From: a virus
Taxonomy: Duplodnaviria; Caudoviricetes
Length of the DNA: 58,543 nt
Virus record (IMG/VR): IMGVR_UViG_3300032241_002115
Coordinates: 1 to 58,543 of that record
Direction: 5' to 3' (one strand)
Shown here one piece after another: positions 1 to 8,397 of the stretch (position 1 is the first letter of the stretch; the number at the start of each line of letters is the position of its first letter). Below the pieces are notes generated by a model. That model made no database searches and had not been told where the DNA came from. It worked only from the letters and a program-made list of their open reading frames with translations. The position numbers and the translations under genes are program-made.

Positions 1-140
1 ACAACAACTGCCTCACTGGTAGTAGTTGGATGATCTGTGCTTGATGCTACCGGGCTGTTGCCAGCCAGGCTCATCCAAGCCCACATCACAATCAGTACGA
101 ATGATCCCCGATTAAAAACACGCCCCCAGTTGATAGTCAT
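1..140 (-). CDS. partial hypothetical protein with N-terminal hydrophobic (signal-like) segment
   Basis: ATG at 140; frame stays open to the window edge (MTINWGRVFNRGSFVLIVMWAWMSLAG...); not in the ORF track. Confidence 0.4.
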   Translation of the reverse strand, partial: MTINWGRVFNRGSFVLIVMWAWMSLAGNSPVASSTDHPTTTSEAVV

Positions 141-207
141 AGGCTATCTCACTCTCTGTCCTTTCGGTAGATTGTTGGTGAACAATCCGTGAACCTTTAG
201 TATACCA

Positions 208-618
208 TCAGCACTCCTCTCGTTCCAGAGTTTCTTCTTGACCCTGCTCGAAGAAGGCCTTGTCGTCACCCCTCAACAGCATCTCAGCCTGCTGATCGGT
301 CAAGCCCATGGTGTAGCCCTCTTCATCACCCATGCCGGTGATGATCACGTCACCACGGATAGCGTACTGATAAATGCTGGGGCTGAGCCCTTTGAGCAAC
401 CAGGGATAGTGCTTGAGGTACAGATCCGAAGCAAACTCGTTGGGATCCAGGCCAATGATATGACCCTCATCGTTACACCACATGTCAACCCCGTAGTTGG
501 GCAGACTAACACAGTCAAAGATGCCATCAACAGCAGTCTTGATCATGCCGTAGCTGGTCTCCTTGGTGAACTTAACCAGTTCACGGGAGTTGTTGGCGCG
601 GATGATAACAGCTTTCAT
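208..618 (-). CDS. DUF3846-like phage protein
   Basis: Motifs DMWCNDEG and IRGDVIITG resemble DUF3846; GAGGA RBS before ATG 618. Confidence 0.65.
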   Translation of the reverse strand: MKAVIIRANNSRELVKFTKETSYGMIKTAVDGIFDCVSLPNYGVDMWCNDEGHIIGLDPNEFASDLYLKHYPWLLKGLSPSIYQYAIRGDVIITGMGDEEGYTMGLTDQQAEMLLRGDDKAFFEQGQEETLEREEC

Positions 619-619
619 G

Positions 620-781
620 TTATTCCTCATCTTTCATCAGATAGGTAAAGAAACCCATCCCTATTGTTACCATGGACAAGCATGCAGCATTAGCATACTT
701 GCGGTGAGCCAGGTCCAAACACACTGCAACCAGGCTCAATACCAACCAGAACTGCAAGAACCGATAGAAGAAGTTCTGCAT
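620..781 (-). CDS. small membrane protein (53 aa)
   Basis: AGGAG RBS; MQNFFYRFLQFWLVLSLVAVCLDL...MGFFTYLMKDEE; two hydrophobic stretches; tiles with the next gene. Confidence 0.6.
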   Translation of the reverse strand: MQNFFYRFLQFWLVLSLVAVCLDLAHRKYANAACLSMVTIGMGFFTYLMKDEE

Positions 782-928
782 GTGTCTCCTTGTAGGGTTG
801 ATAACGCCAGCCCAGGCTAATCTAATAACCAGGACAGTAAAAATTTTTCGGCGTCAGTTCAATCAGATCCGCGGAATCTGTGCGCCAAGCAGACAATTCT
901 CCACCAACAACACCTGTGCATTTCAGGG

Positions 929-1117
929 TCAGCTTTCTGATTCATAGATGCGAACAGCGTGCATGCAGTTGGTCAGTTGGAACAGATTGGCACTGTCAGC
1001 ACAGTTGAGGCTGGCATTGCGCAGGATCCACTCGTGATCACGGCGACGAGCTTCAGGGATATCCATGGTCTGCATGAGCCTGTCAGCAAACTGCCAGATG
1101 GTTTCCAGTTCTGTCAT
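929..1117 (-). CDS. hypothetical protein, paralog of 1135..1332
   Basis: IWQFADRLMQTMDIPEARRRDHEWIL matches the neighbouring ORF. Confidence 0.7.
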   Translation of the reverse strand: MTELETIWQFADRLMQTMDIPEARRRDHEWILRNASLNCADSANLFQLTNCMHAVRIYESES

Positions 1118-1134
1118 GATTCTCTACCTGTGCA

Positions 1135-1332
1135 TCAGGGTTGCAAGTCCAGGATGAGTTCCATGCAGGTCTGCAGGACCAACATATTTGGAACGAATGG
1201 GGCAAGGGGGAAAGCATACTCCAGGATCCAATCAGGATCCCTGCGCCGTTCCGGTGGGACATCCAACTGGTTCATCGCAAGATCAGCCAGCTGCCAGAGT
1301 TCATTTGCCCGGTAAAGGTTAGTGGTGATCAT
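1135..1332 (-). CDS. hypothetical protein, paralog of 929..1117
   Basis: LWQLADLAMNQLDVPPERRRDPDWIL. Confidence 0.7.
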   Translation of the reverse strand: MITTNLYRANELWQLADLAMNQLDVPPERRRDPDWILEYAFPLAPFVPNMLVLQTCMELILDLQP

Positions 1333-1334
1333 GT

Positions 1335-1802
1335 TCAGTCCTGCAGGGTGAAGGCGTACACGGTGCCGCGCACGTTGTCCCAGAGGTCATCCCAACCGGT
1401 GTTGTCAGTGAACACCACACTGTCCACCCGATTGCTGTGAGACCTGCAGGTCCAGATCTGAGGCTCGTCAATCACAGTGTACCCGCCATCGGGGAACACC
1501 TGTTCAACTGGCACTGCCTGCATGCTGTCGGCATCGATTGGCCAGCTGAAGAAACGTTCGGTGTTGTTGAACTCTCGCACGTTCCAGATGCTGGTGTTCA
1601 GGCCAGCGACCCACTCGTCACAGTCAGTGAACTCTGTGAGCAGTGGCACCTTGGCAGTGATGGCACGTTGAGCGGCCTCGAGTGTGGTGAACACACCCAG
1701 CTCGTGCTCCAGTTCCTGCTCGGGAGCTGGCAGTGACAGGCCTGATTGTATGGGCTGGTAGTCCCCGTAAATCCTGGCCAGATAGATCAATTGATCAGTC
1801 AT
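1335..1802 (-). CDS. hypothetical protein
   Basis: AGGAG RBS before ATG 1802; tiles with neighbours. Confidence 0.65.
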   Translation of the reverse strand: MTDQLIYLARIYGDYQPIQSGLSLPAPEQELEHELGVFTTLEAAQRAITAKVPLLTEFTDCDEWVAGLNTSIWNVREFNNTERFFSWPIDADSMQAVPVEQVFPDGGYTVIDEPQIWTCRSHSNRVDSVVFTDNTGWDDLWDNVRGTVYAFTLQD

Positions 1803-1868
1803 TGGTTGTCTCCTAGTGTTGGTGTGATGCTTGAGGTCAGGCAGGTGTACTGCCAAACCCCTGCCGCA

Positions 1869-2279
1869 TCAGTTGCCCAGCAGTTCTTCCAGGGTGTCTG
1901 GAACCCTGCTGGTGTGGGTGTGGTGAGCGTTTACCTGAGCAACGATCTCATCGAAGTTAGTATTGATCCACAGGATACCTGCGTAGTCCAGCTCATGTGT
2001 GATGCCATGAACCATGTCGTGCATGGTGAACATCACTTCTACAGCCAGGTCAGTCCCCGGGCATTCATCGGTGTGCCCGCCGGACTGCTTGCAGGGTGAG
2101 TCAGGCTCATCCTTGCACAGCTCCCGGGCTTTCTCCCGCAGATTCAACTTGTAGGTGAAAAAGATCTGCTGTTCGTTGAAACCAGCCTGGAGTGACAGCT
2201 TGTTCTGATAGGGATGATCTCTGCTCAGGTGCCACAACAGTTCATCAATCGTTGTTGGGCTGGGCATCTGCTGGGTCAT
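1869..2279 (-). CDS. hypothetical protein (Cys/His cluster)
   Basis: GAGGTG RBS; start overlaps the upstream stop. Confidence 0.65.
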   Translation of the reverse strand: MTQQMPSPTTIDELLWHLSRDHPYQNKLSLQAGFNEQQIFFTYKLNLREKARELCKDEPDSPCKQSGGHTDECPGTDLAVEVMFTMHDMVHGITHELDYAGILWINTNFDEIVAQVNAHHTHTSRVPDTLEELLGN

Positions 2280-2980
2280 CACAGCACCTCTCTTTCTTTC
2301 CGTCTGAGTTCCATCAGCTCTTCCCATCTTTTATAGCTGTACTCTTGAACCTGATACTCGATCTCACATAGCTGTGTGATTATAGCCCCGAGTTGTTCCG
2401 GTATAACATCATGGTTGGTATTGTTGAAACCAAACTTATCGATAGCAACACGTGCAATGTATGTTTGAATCATTTCGATGTTGTCACCGATAGCATCAAG
2501 AGCTGCTGCCAGTGGATCACCTGGAGTACACTCATTGTAGTAGTGATTACCGGATGGGCGCCACTTGCCGCGTGGTTCACCGAGCTTGGTTCCATAGCTG
2601 CTCTTGTCATTCCAGCCACTGTTCAGGGTGTACTCACCGCAGGCACAGCTGGTCATGATATCCTGCTTAGCACGTACAAGCTTGCGGGAGAATGAGATGA
2701 GTTCATCCCAGGCTGGTACAACAGGCAGCAGCTCAAGGTCAACCAGCTCAGTACCCTTAAGAGCAGTGAACAAACCATCTTGCACACAGCGACCACGTTC
2801 ATCAGCCTCACAGTGCTCAGTACCATGTGAGTGCCAGTGCTCTTTGAGGGCACTAACATGCCGATCAATGTCATCCACAGGATGATCTAGCACAGCTGAG
2901 AACTGCTGGAGCACCTGTTGCCAGATGTAGTTGTACTTGGCATTCAGATGCTGTACGTAGGGACGCTGATCGATTCTCAT
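2279..2980 (-). CDS. hypothetical protein (Cys/His motifs)
   Basis: GGAGGTG RBS; translationally coupled to neighbours. Confidence 0.65.
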   Translation of the reverse strand: MRIDQRPYVQHLNAKYNYIWQQVLQQFSAVLDHPVDDIDRHVSALKEHWHSHGTEHCEADERGRCVQDGLFTALKGTELVDLELLPVVPAWDELISFSRKLVRAKQDIMTSCACGEYTLNSGWNDKSSYGTKLGEPRGKWRPSGNHYYNECTPGDPLAAALDAIGDNIEMIQTYIARVAIDKFGFNNTNHDVIPEQLGAIITQLCEIEYQVQEYSYKRWEELMELRRKEREVL

Positions 2981-3465
2981 CACAGCACCTCCATTGGCAC
3001 TCGATGTGTCTCGAACAGGTGAGCAAGGCTGCGGGTTATGCGCTGGTGATTGCACACACGATCAATGCTGGTACCATCACGCAACAGATAGGGCTGGGTA
3101 ACCCACTTGCCCTGATCAACACTCTGATCGATCAATGACCACTGCTCGGTCAACAGATCGTACAGTGGTTCAATGGTCTGCCAGTTGTCGGGAGTCCAGG
3201 CACTGGGCAGACAGGGATCAAGATCAACCCACTGCTTGCGAGTCCAGTCGTTAGAACCACGAGCACTGGTGACCTGCTCCAGCTGGAAGAAACGTGGGCG
3301 GGAACCCCACAAGATCCCCCAGTGGATATGAATACGACCCGCACCGTAGAGCACGGGCTGCTCGGCTTGGAAACGCTGCCAACCATCAGCAGTGTAACCC
3401 TGCCAGCAATCAACCATGAGATCCCACACAGGGATAGTCATGGGTACTACCGGTTGCTTACTCAT
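2980..3465 (-). CDS. hypothetical Trp-rich protein
   Basis: GGAGGTG RBS before ATG 3465. Confidence 0.65.
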   Translation of the reverse strand: MSKQPVVPMTIPVWDLMVDCWQGYTADGWQRFQAEQPVLYGAGRIHIHWGILWGSRPRFFQLEQVTSARGSNDWTRKQWVDLDPCLPSAWTPDNWQTIEPLYDLLTEQWSLIDQSVDQGKWVTQPYLLRDGTSIDRVCNHQRITRSLAHLFETHRVPMEVL

Positions 3466-3618
3466 CTGACACCTCCAGGTATCAACTGGACCAAGTGAAC
3501 GGTTCACACAGGCCCACACTCAGGCAGCATATGACTGCAGGAGTGCACTGCATCCCCCAACAAGATCATCAGGGGACATATATGAGGCTAACTTAAACCT
3601 GCTAGCCCTGACCTTGGA

Positions 3619-3639
3619 CTTGTTTATGTAATAAACAAG
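3619..3639. promoter_or_regulatory. perfect 9-bp inverted repeat
   Basis: CTTGTTTAT-GTA-ATAAACAAG in intergenic DNA. Confidence 0.4.
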
Positions 3640-3678
3640 GACCCGATTAGCTTAGGTCATGTCAATCACCTCCTCTGA

Positions 3679-3694
3679 TGTTTCACGTGAAACA
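3679..3694. promoter_or_regulatory. parS: parS centromere-like site 1
   Basis: Exact TGTTTCACGTGAAACA, the broadly conserved bacterial chromosomal parS palindrome. Confidence 0.85.
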
Positions 3695-3783
3695 TTTGTG
3701 CGTACACATGCACACAACCAGCTGGTACAGGGTTCTACATGCCACTCAACAGGGTGGTCACACAGATCACACCAGTTGGCAGA

Positions 3784-3799
3784 TGTTTCACGTGAAACA
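3784..3799. promoter_or_regulatory. parS: parS centromere-like site 2
   Basis: Exact TGTTTCACGTGAAACA. Confidence 0.85.
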
Positions 3800-3800
3800 T

Positions 3801-4013
3801 TCATGACTGCACCGGGGTGATGAATGCACCGATCAAGTGACTGGTCAGTTCAACCACGTCCATGTGATGCTCGCGGATACTTCTCCACTGCTTGCAGATT
3901 TCGCAGGTACGGGTATCAGCTTCACACCGTTCCAGTTGTGGTTCGATGATATTCACCACCTGAGCTAGCAGTCTGTCACTGATCTCCAGCAGTGTTGCGA
4001 TGTCTTCTGTCAT
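3801..4013 (-). CDS. hypothetical protein
   Basis: AAGGA RBS; C-x6-C-x2-C motif. Confidence 0.6.
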   Translation of the reverse strand: MTEDIATLLEISDRLLAQVVNIIEPQLERCEADTRTCEICKQWRSIREHHMDVVELTSHLIGAFITPVQS

Positions 4014-4025
4014 GGGTTTTTCCTT

Positions 4026-4283
4026 TCACTCGGGTTGGATGGATTCGTACACCGGTTCCCAGCGCATGAGCACAGTTCCTGTGCACAGCATGAGATTCTC
4101 ACTGAGCTTGAACTCCAGGTGCATGTAGCCCTGCTCGTTCAGCACAGTACGCATCTCCAGGTACTTGTACACGGTTGGCATGCCCTGTGTGCTGTGGGTA
4201 ACGGTACTGGCATCAGCATCCACCAGGTACCAGTCACTGTGATCCACGCTCAGGTAGTACCTGTTCCAGGCTTTCACTTGCAT
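4026..4283 (-). CDS. hypothetical protein
   Basis: GAGGA RBS lying directly downstream of parS site 3 on this strand. Confidence 0.6.
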   Translation of the reverse strand: MQVKAWNRYYLSVDHSDWYLVDADASTVTHSTQGMPTVYKYLEMRTVLNEQGYMHLEFKLSENLMLCTGTVLMRWEPVYESIQPE

Positions 4284-4297
4284 GATATTCCTCTCTA

Positions 4298-4313
4298 TGT
4301 TTCACGTGAAACA
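4298..4313. promoter_or_regulatory. parS: parS centromere-like site 3
   Basis: Exact TGTTTCACGTGAAACA. Confidence 0.85.
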
Positions 4314-4315
4314 TG

Positions 4316-4335
4316 TTGTCCACAAGTTATCCACA
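4316..4335 (+). promoter_or_regulatory. two tandem DnaA boxes
   Basis: TTGTCCACA (4316-4324, actinobacterial consensus) and TTATCCACA (4327-4335, canonical box), 11 bp apart, 2 bp from parS 3. Confidence 0.7.
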
Positions 4336-4426
4336 GGTATGAATAACTTATTGATGGGTGGCATACTGTTGACCCAGGTATGCCAGCTGGACCCTGTTAT
4401 TCTAGATACAGGGAAACTAAGCTAAC

Positions 4427-5335
4427 TTAGTTAGCTGATGGTGCCGCTGCAGCGATGGCAGCCTGCTGGTCCAGCAGCACACGCATGGCCTGCCAGAACA
4501 CCAGCTGACCCTTGTAGCTGCCACGGATGCTGTTCGCAGCCAGGCTGGGCTCGGTCTGAACCACCTGACGGAACTGCGCGTAGGCATCGCTAGCGACAAC
4601 ACGCTTGATCATGGTGTTGATCAGGTCGGTATTGCCGAGTGCGCTGACCACCAGCTGACCACCACGGTACAGGGTGTACCCGGTGCTGCCGTCGCTCATC
4701 ACCTGTGGGTACAGGTTGATGTCGCCGGACTGACCACCGATGCGGTCCTGCTCACGCCAGGTCGGCTCCGCGAACGGAGTGGTCGGGTCAAGCGTGCCCA
4801 GGTGGACCTGGTAGCTGAGCTTGCCGTCGAGGTCAGGACGCAAGTCGCTGACGATCTTGACCAGCTGACGCTGCTTGAGGTAGGGCTTGCGGTACTCGAA
4901 CGTCGAGTCGACCGTGTTGCCTGACTTGAGCAGCTGCATGAGCCGGATGACCTTGGCAGCGTAGGTGACCTGCTCGCGGGTATACATCTCGTACACCTGA
5001 CCAGACTCGATACCCTGAGTCTGAGCAGTGACCACGCTGTCCTGGATCACCTTGACGTAGTTGATCCCGACGCTGGCGAGCAGCTGGGCAGTGTCCAGCA
5101 GCACGCTGTTGTCTTGGACAGCACGTGCGTTGCTACCGAAGTAGCTGGTGAGCCAGGCCAGGGCCGCTGCTGCTTCTGCAGCGACGGCTTCTGCCGAGGT
5201 CTCGTCGGTGTCCGCTGCCGAGTTGGTCTCGGCGTTGGTTGCCTCGAGGTTGGTGTCGAGGTTCTCGGTGGCTGCCGAGTCAGTGTTGTCAACCGTGACA
5301 ACTTCCTGGGTGCCCGAAGGCTGACCGTTCGTCAA
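4427..5335 (-). CDS. hypothetical protein with acidic T/A/E-rich N-terminus
   Basis: 302 aa; AGGAG RBS; strong G/C third-position bias. Confidence 0.8.
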   Translation of the reverse strand: MTNGQPSGTQEVVTVDNTDSAATENLDTNLEATNAETNSAADTDETSAEAVAAEAAAALAWLTSYFGSNARAVQDNSVLLDTAQLLASVGINYVKVIQDSVVTAQTQGIESGQVYEMYTREQVTYAAKVIRLMQLLKSGNTVDSTFEYRKPYLKQRQLVKIVSDLRPDLDGKLSYQVHLGTLDPTTPFAEPTWREQDRIGGQSGDINLYPQVMSDGSTGYTLYRGGQLVVSALGNTDLINTMIKRVVASDAYAQFRQVVQTEPSLAANSIRGSYKGQLVFWQAMRVLLDQQAAIAAAAPSAN

Positions 5336-5580
5336 TGTATGACTCCTGATCGTGCATCAGAATGCTGATGCGCCAATGCCACACTTGTGGCGGTACTGCA
5401 CTGCATGCTTCCCAGCATTCAGCATCTCTCCCAACCTGTGCACAGGCAGGAAGACTGGTGTGCTATACGCACATGACTGACCACGAACCTGAGCTCGTGA
5501 TCAGATAGTGCGTACTGCAGGGGTGGAGCACCCCGGTGCTGCATCTGCAGCTACTCCACTACTTACGTGACGGTGGGGCA

Positions 5581-5820
5581 TCAGATGAGCCCAGCAGCCT
5601 GAAGAGCTGCAGCCATGCTGTTGTTGCTGACCTGCACCTCCAAGGAACGCTGCTTGAACTCTGCGAGGTCTTGCAGGGTTGCTTCCAGCTTCTGCTCACG
5701 AGCAGCGTTGCTCTGGCGACGGCTCTTGACTTCGACCGGCTGATCGATCTTGCTCAAGAGCTGACGGCCCCAGGCATCACTGGTCTCGCTGACAGCGTGA
5801 ATGATGGGTGGGTTTGACAT
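5581..5820 (-). CDS. small coiled-coil hypothetical protein
   Basis: AAGGAGGTGA RBS before ATG 5820. Confidence 0.7.
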   Translation of the reverse strand: MSNPPIIHAVSETSDAWGRQLLSKIDQPVEVKSRRQSNAAREQKLEATLQDLAEFKQRSLEVQVSNNSMAAALQAAGLI

Positions 5821-5871
5821 ATGTTTTTCACCTCCTTTACAGGTGAGTTGGGACGGGACACTGGGCATGAG

Positions 5872-6018
5872 CTACTTGTTCTTGACTGGCTCAGCCAAGA
5901 AGTAGTGCTCAGCGCACACACGCTCGTGCATGGTGCCGGCGAACGATGGACGACAGAACTCGCCATCATTCTGACAAGCACGCTCGAGACGCTTGTCGTA
6001 GTAGGTGCACTTGTGCAT
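5872..6018 (-). CDS. small Cys/His (Zn-binding-like) protein, 48 aa
   Basis: AAGGAGGTGG RBS; MHKCTYYDKRLERACQNDGEFC...VCAEHYF. Confidence 0.55.
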   Translation of the reverse strand: MHKCTYYDKRLERACQNDGEFCRPSFAGTMHERVCAEHYFLAEPVKNK

Positions 6019-6060
6019 GACTACCACCTCCTTTCTACTAGTAGGGACAGGACGAATGAG

Positions 6061-6297
6061 TTAGCCGCGGAAGCCCCGGATCAACCGAGGGTGCTTGCGG
6101 TTGCGACGCAGCTGACTCTTGAACCGGCGCAGCTCTCGACGTGCCTCTCGGTACTTGTCGCGTGCCAGATCTGTGGCCTCGCTCTGGTTCTGCACCCGGA
6201 ACCCAACGCAGCTCAGGCAGAACTGCAGATCGGTCAACCTGCGCTGAGTGTAGAACTCAGCCGTGCAGTTGACGCACGTGCTTGGCTTGATCGCCAT
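6061..6297 (-). CDS. small Zn-ribbon protein with basic C-terminus
   Basis: CxxC...CxxC, Arg-rich tail; AAGGAG RBS. Confidence 0.65.
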   Translation of the reverse strand: MAIKPSTCVNCTAEFYTQRRLTDLQFCLSCVGFRVQNQSEATDLARDKYREARRELRRFKSQLRRNRKHPRLIRGFRG

Positions 6298-6334
6298 GAC
6301 TATCATCTCCTTGTGGGATTGACTACCATCCTGA

Positions 6335-6395
6335 TGGATGGTGTAGGAGCCACAGGCCTGGGGGAGGAGTTAGCCTGTGACCCCTACACCACCCA
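6335..6395 (-). promoter_or_regulatory. 23-bp RNA hairpin with C-rich loop
   Basis: The three A.C oppositions on the + strand are G.U pairs on the - strand; loop UAACUCCUCCCCCAG. Confidence 0.6.
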
Positions 6396-6422
6396 CCCTG
6401 CTGGGTGAGTGGGCACTACCCG

Positions 6423-6596
6423 TTATTCGGGCAGTACAGGTTGGGGCAGCTCAGCAAGCAACTGCTTGCCGAACTCGTGTGCCTCTGGACCGCTGAAGTC
6501 CTCGTGGACTGCAACGCCCAGCAGGTCGCGAAGATGTTCCAGCTCCTCATTGCTTTGGAGCAGGATCATCGTCCACTTTCCACCAGAAATTTTCAT
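6423..6596 (-). CDS. hypothetical protein (57 aa)
   Basis: AAGGAGGTGA RBS; MKISGGKWTMILLQSNEELEHLRDLL...; below the ORF-track cutoff. Confidence 0.6.
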   Translation of the reverse strand: MKISGGKWTMILLQSNEELEHLRDLLGVAVHEDFSGPEAHEFGKQLLAELPQPVLPE

Positions 6597-6945
6597 GTTT
6601 CACCTCCTTTCAAGGGTGAGTTGGAGTGCTCAATGTTTTTCCTGACCAACCACATCGTCAGGCACTGAGTATTGCAAGCGGCACGTGCTGCACTTGGCAC
6701 ACACAGCGCACCGCCAGCCCAGCGTCTCAGGCTGTGCCAGAGAACGCCAGCGTGGATGGTTCCAACACACACAGTTGTGCATGCCAGCAGTACAGACTTC
6801 AGCAGCCTGCCGTGCTGCTCACCCGGTGGGTAAGTCCACCGAGTTACGGGAACTCATGCAGACCCTCCAGCAAGTTCAAAACCTTAGGAGGGCCAGGCTT
6901 CACAGCCTCAAGTAAGGCTTAAAAACGCGACAGGGGCCGGGGGGT

Positions 6946-7110
6946 TTTCTGAACTACTGGGTAGTTAATGGGGGGGGTAATGTTAAACCCGTCGCACATT
7001 AAACGGGATAACGACAACTGCACTTAACTGTATATGGGACCCAATTCAGGGGAAAAGATCACTTGAAAAAAAACGGGCGGGGCCCCTGGGCCACTTTCTG
7101 AACCACTGGG
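6946..7110 (+). repeat. 16-bp imperfect direct repeat in the divergent junction
   Basis: TTTCTGAAC[T/C]ACTGGG at 6946-6961 and 7095-7110, with G-runs and an A-run nearby. Confidence 0.55.
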
Positions 7111-7112
7111 GT

Positions 7113-7139
7113 TTTAAAGGCTCTAGTAGAGCGCACTAG
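7113..7139 (+). promoter_or_regulatory. putative phage late promoter
   Basis: TTTAAAG-N15-ACTAG upstream of the first rightward gene. Confidence 0.45.
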
Positions 7140-7169
7140 AAGTTGTAAGTACAAGAGATCTGGAGAATC

Positions 7170-7625
7170 ATGCAATACAATAATTTTTTTACACGGGTTG
7201 CAAGCGGTCCACAAAAATTATATGACTATCATCAAGACCAAGTGGACATACATGGGCGAATGTATGACGATAACAAACAGTTTTTGAGCCTTGATACTGG
7301 GAATCCAGTGCGGGCACTGGCAATTGCAGCAAGGCGTTTGCATAACGAAGCCTCTAATGCTCATCAGGACGCAATGATTGCTCATGAACGGAATGCTCCA
7401 AGTGCCAGTCTAATGAGTGCCCGTGCCATCGGTATGAGCAGTTCTGCCCTATTGATTCAGGATGAACTGCATACGCAACGAAACATGAATAGTGGACCAT
7501 ATGATAACACATACGGAACTATTGGCCCTGGTAAGGACAGAACCCGGATATTAGACACATATGATGATAACACATACGGAACTATTGGCCCTGGTCCTGC
7601 AGCCGGTGGACCTATTATACTATGA
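7170..7625 (+). CDS. His/Ala-patterned helical protein, paralog of 10572..10907
   Basis: GGAGA RBS; FFTRVAS leader; AHxxAxxAH...SARAI block shared with 10572. Confidence 0.7.
   Translation: MQYNNFFTRVASGPQKLYDYHQDQVDIHGRMYDDNKQFLSLDTGNPVRALAIAARRLHNEASNAHQDAMIAHERNAPSASLMSARAIGMSSSALLIQDELHTQRNMNSGPYDNTYGTIGPGKDRTRILDTYDDNTYGTIGPGPAAGGPIIL
7501..7595 (+). repeat. 32-bp exact in-frame direct repeat
   Basis: ATGATAACACATACGGAACTATTGGCCCTGGT at 7501 and 7564 (DNTYGTIGPG x2). Confidence 0.9.
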
Positions 7626-8203
7626 GCTGGATACCTGACATGTGGCGGAAGACCGCCAGCCCCGAAATAAACTTTAATATCGGCGGTGAGCCGGAAGAGC
7701 CTGATGGCATGAGCTATGAGGGCTTTGACACGGCTTGGGGTGAAGGCGGCAGACATCATGACTCCGTACACCCAGACTGGTATCCCTATCTGCCGGAACG
7801 CCCTGAATACGATCCAGTGAAAGCAGAAACGGAACTTCAAATACGACGTATCCAAGAAATGGGCATGCATTACAAACGCACACTCAATGACATAAAAGCT
7901 CTACCAGCGGCTACCACAGAAGAACTGCATGCCGCCTATCCCCATGCTCGCACCGACAAGCTGGGCAGCAGCTGGAGCTCACGCTATGCCAGTGAAACAC
8001 CCGATCCCAGCATCACAGGCCTGCCGGGCACAGACGGTGCTCCAGCAACGGCTGGTACAGACATCCCGGATGGAGTAAGCCCGGTTCGACCCAGTACCAG
8101 CATGCCCAAACCGGTTGCTCCTACCGGCAAGACCCGTGTTCCTCACAACACCGGCATCACCAACAACAAACCACGGGCCACCCGGGCAACCGCTAGCAAC
8201 TAA
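7622..8203 (+). CDS. hypothetical low-complexity protein with two leader-like motifs
   Basis: ATGA overlap; WRKTAS and internal WSSRYAS. Confidence 0.7.
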   Translation: MSWIPDMWRKTASPEINFNIGGEPEEPDGMSYEGFDTAWGEGGRHHDSVHPDWYPYLPERPEYDPVKAETELQIRRIQEMGMHYKRTLNDIKALPAATTEELHAAYPHARTDKLGSSWSSRYASETPDPSITGLPGTDGAPATAGTDIPDGVSPVRPSTSMPKPVAPTGKTRVPHNTGITNNKPRATRATASN

Positions 8204-8312
8204 CTGACCCCCAACAGCCGGTTATGGGGAGATTTTCCAGGTAGGCGCAAGGTTCTGGCGAGACCGCACTGGTTTTGATAAAAATTTCGGAACCCTGATG
8301 GGGACTGTGGGC

Positions 8313-8339
8313 TGTAAACTGCTGGGTTTCTTGCACTAG
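8313..8339 (+). promoter_or_regulatory. putative phage late promoter
   Basis: TGTAAAC-N15-ACTAG. Confidence 0.55.
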
Positions 8340-8397
8340 AGGATAGAGATTTCGTCCCTACGGGAAAGAAAGGCACGTCCAGCGTGGGCCACCTGTC

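Noticed and set aside
3652-3675. Gene downstream of the strong GGAGG next to parS site 1
   Set aside because: The frame reads ATG-ACC-TAA, at most a minigene, and nothing supports it as a CDS.
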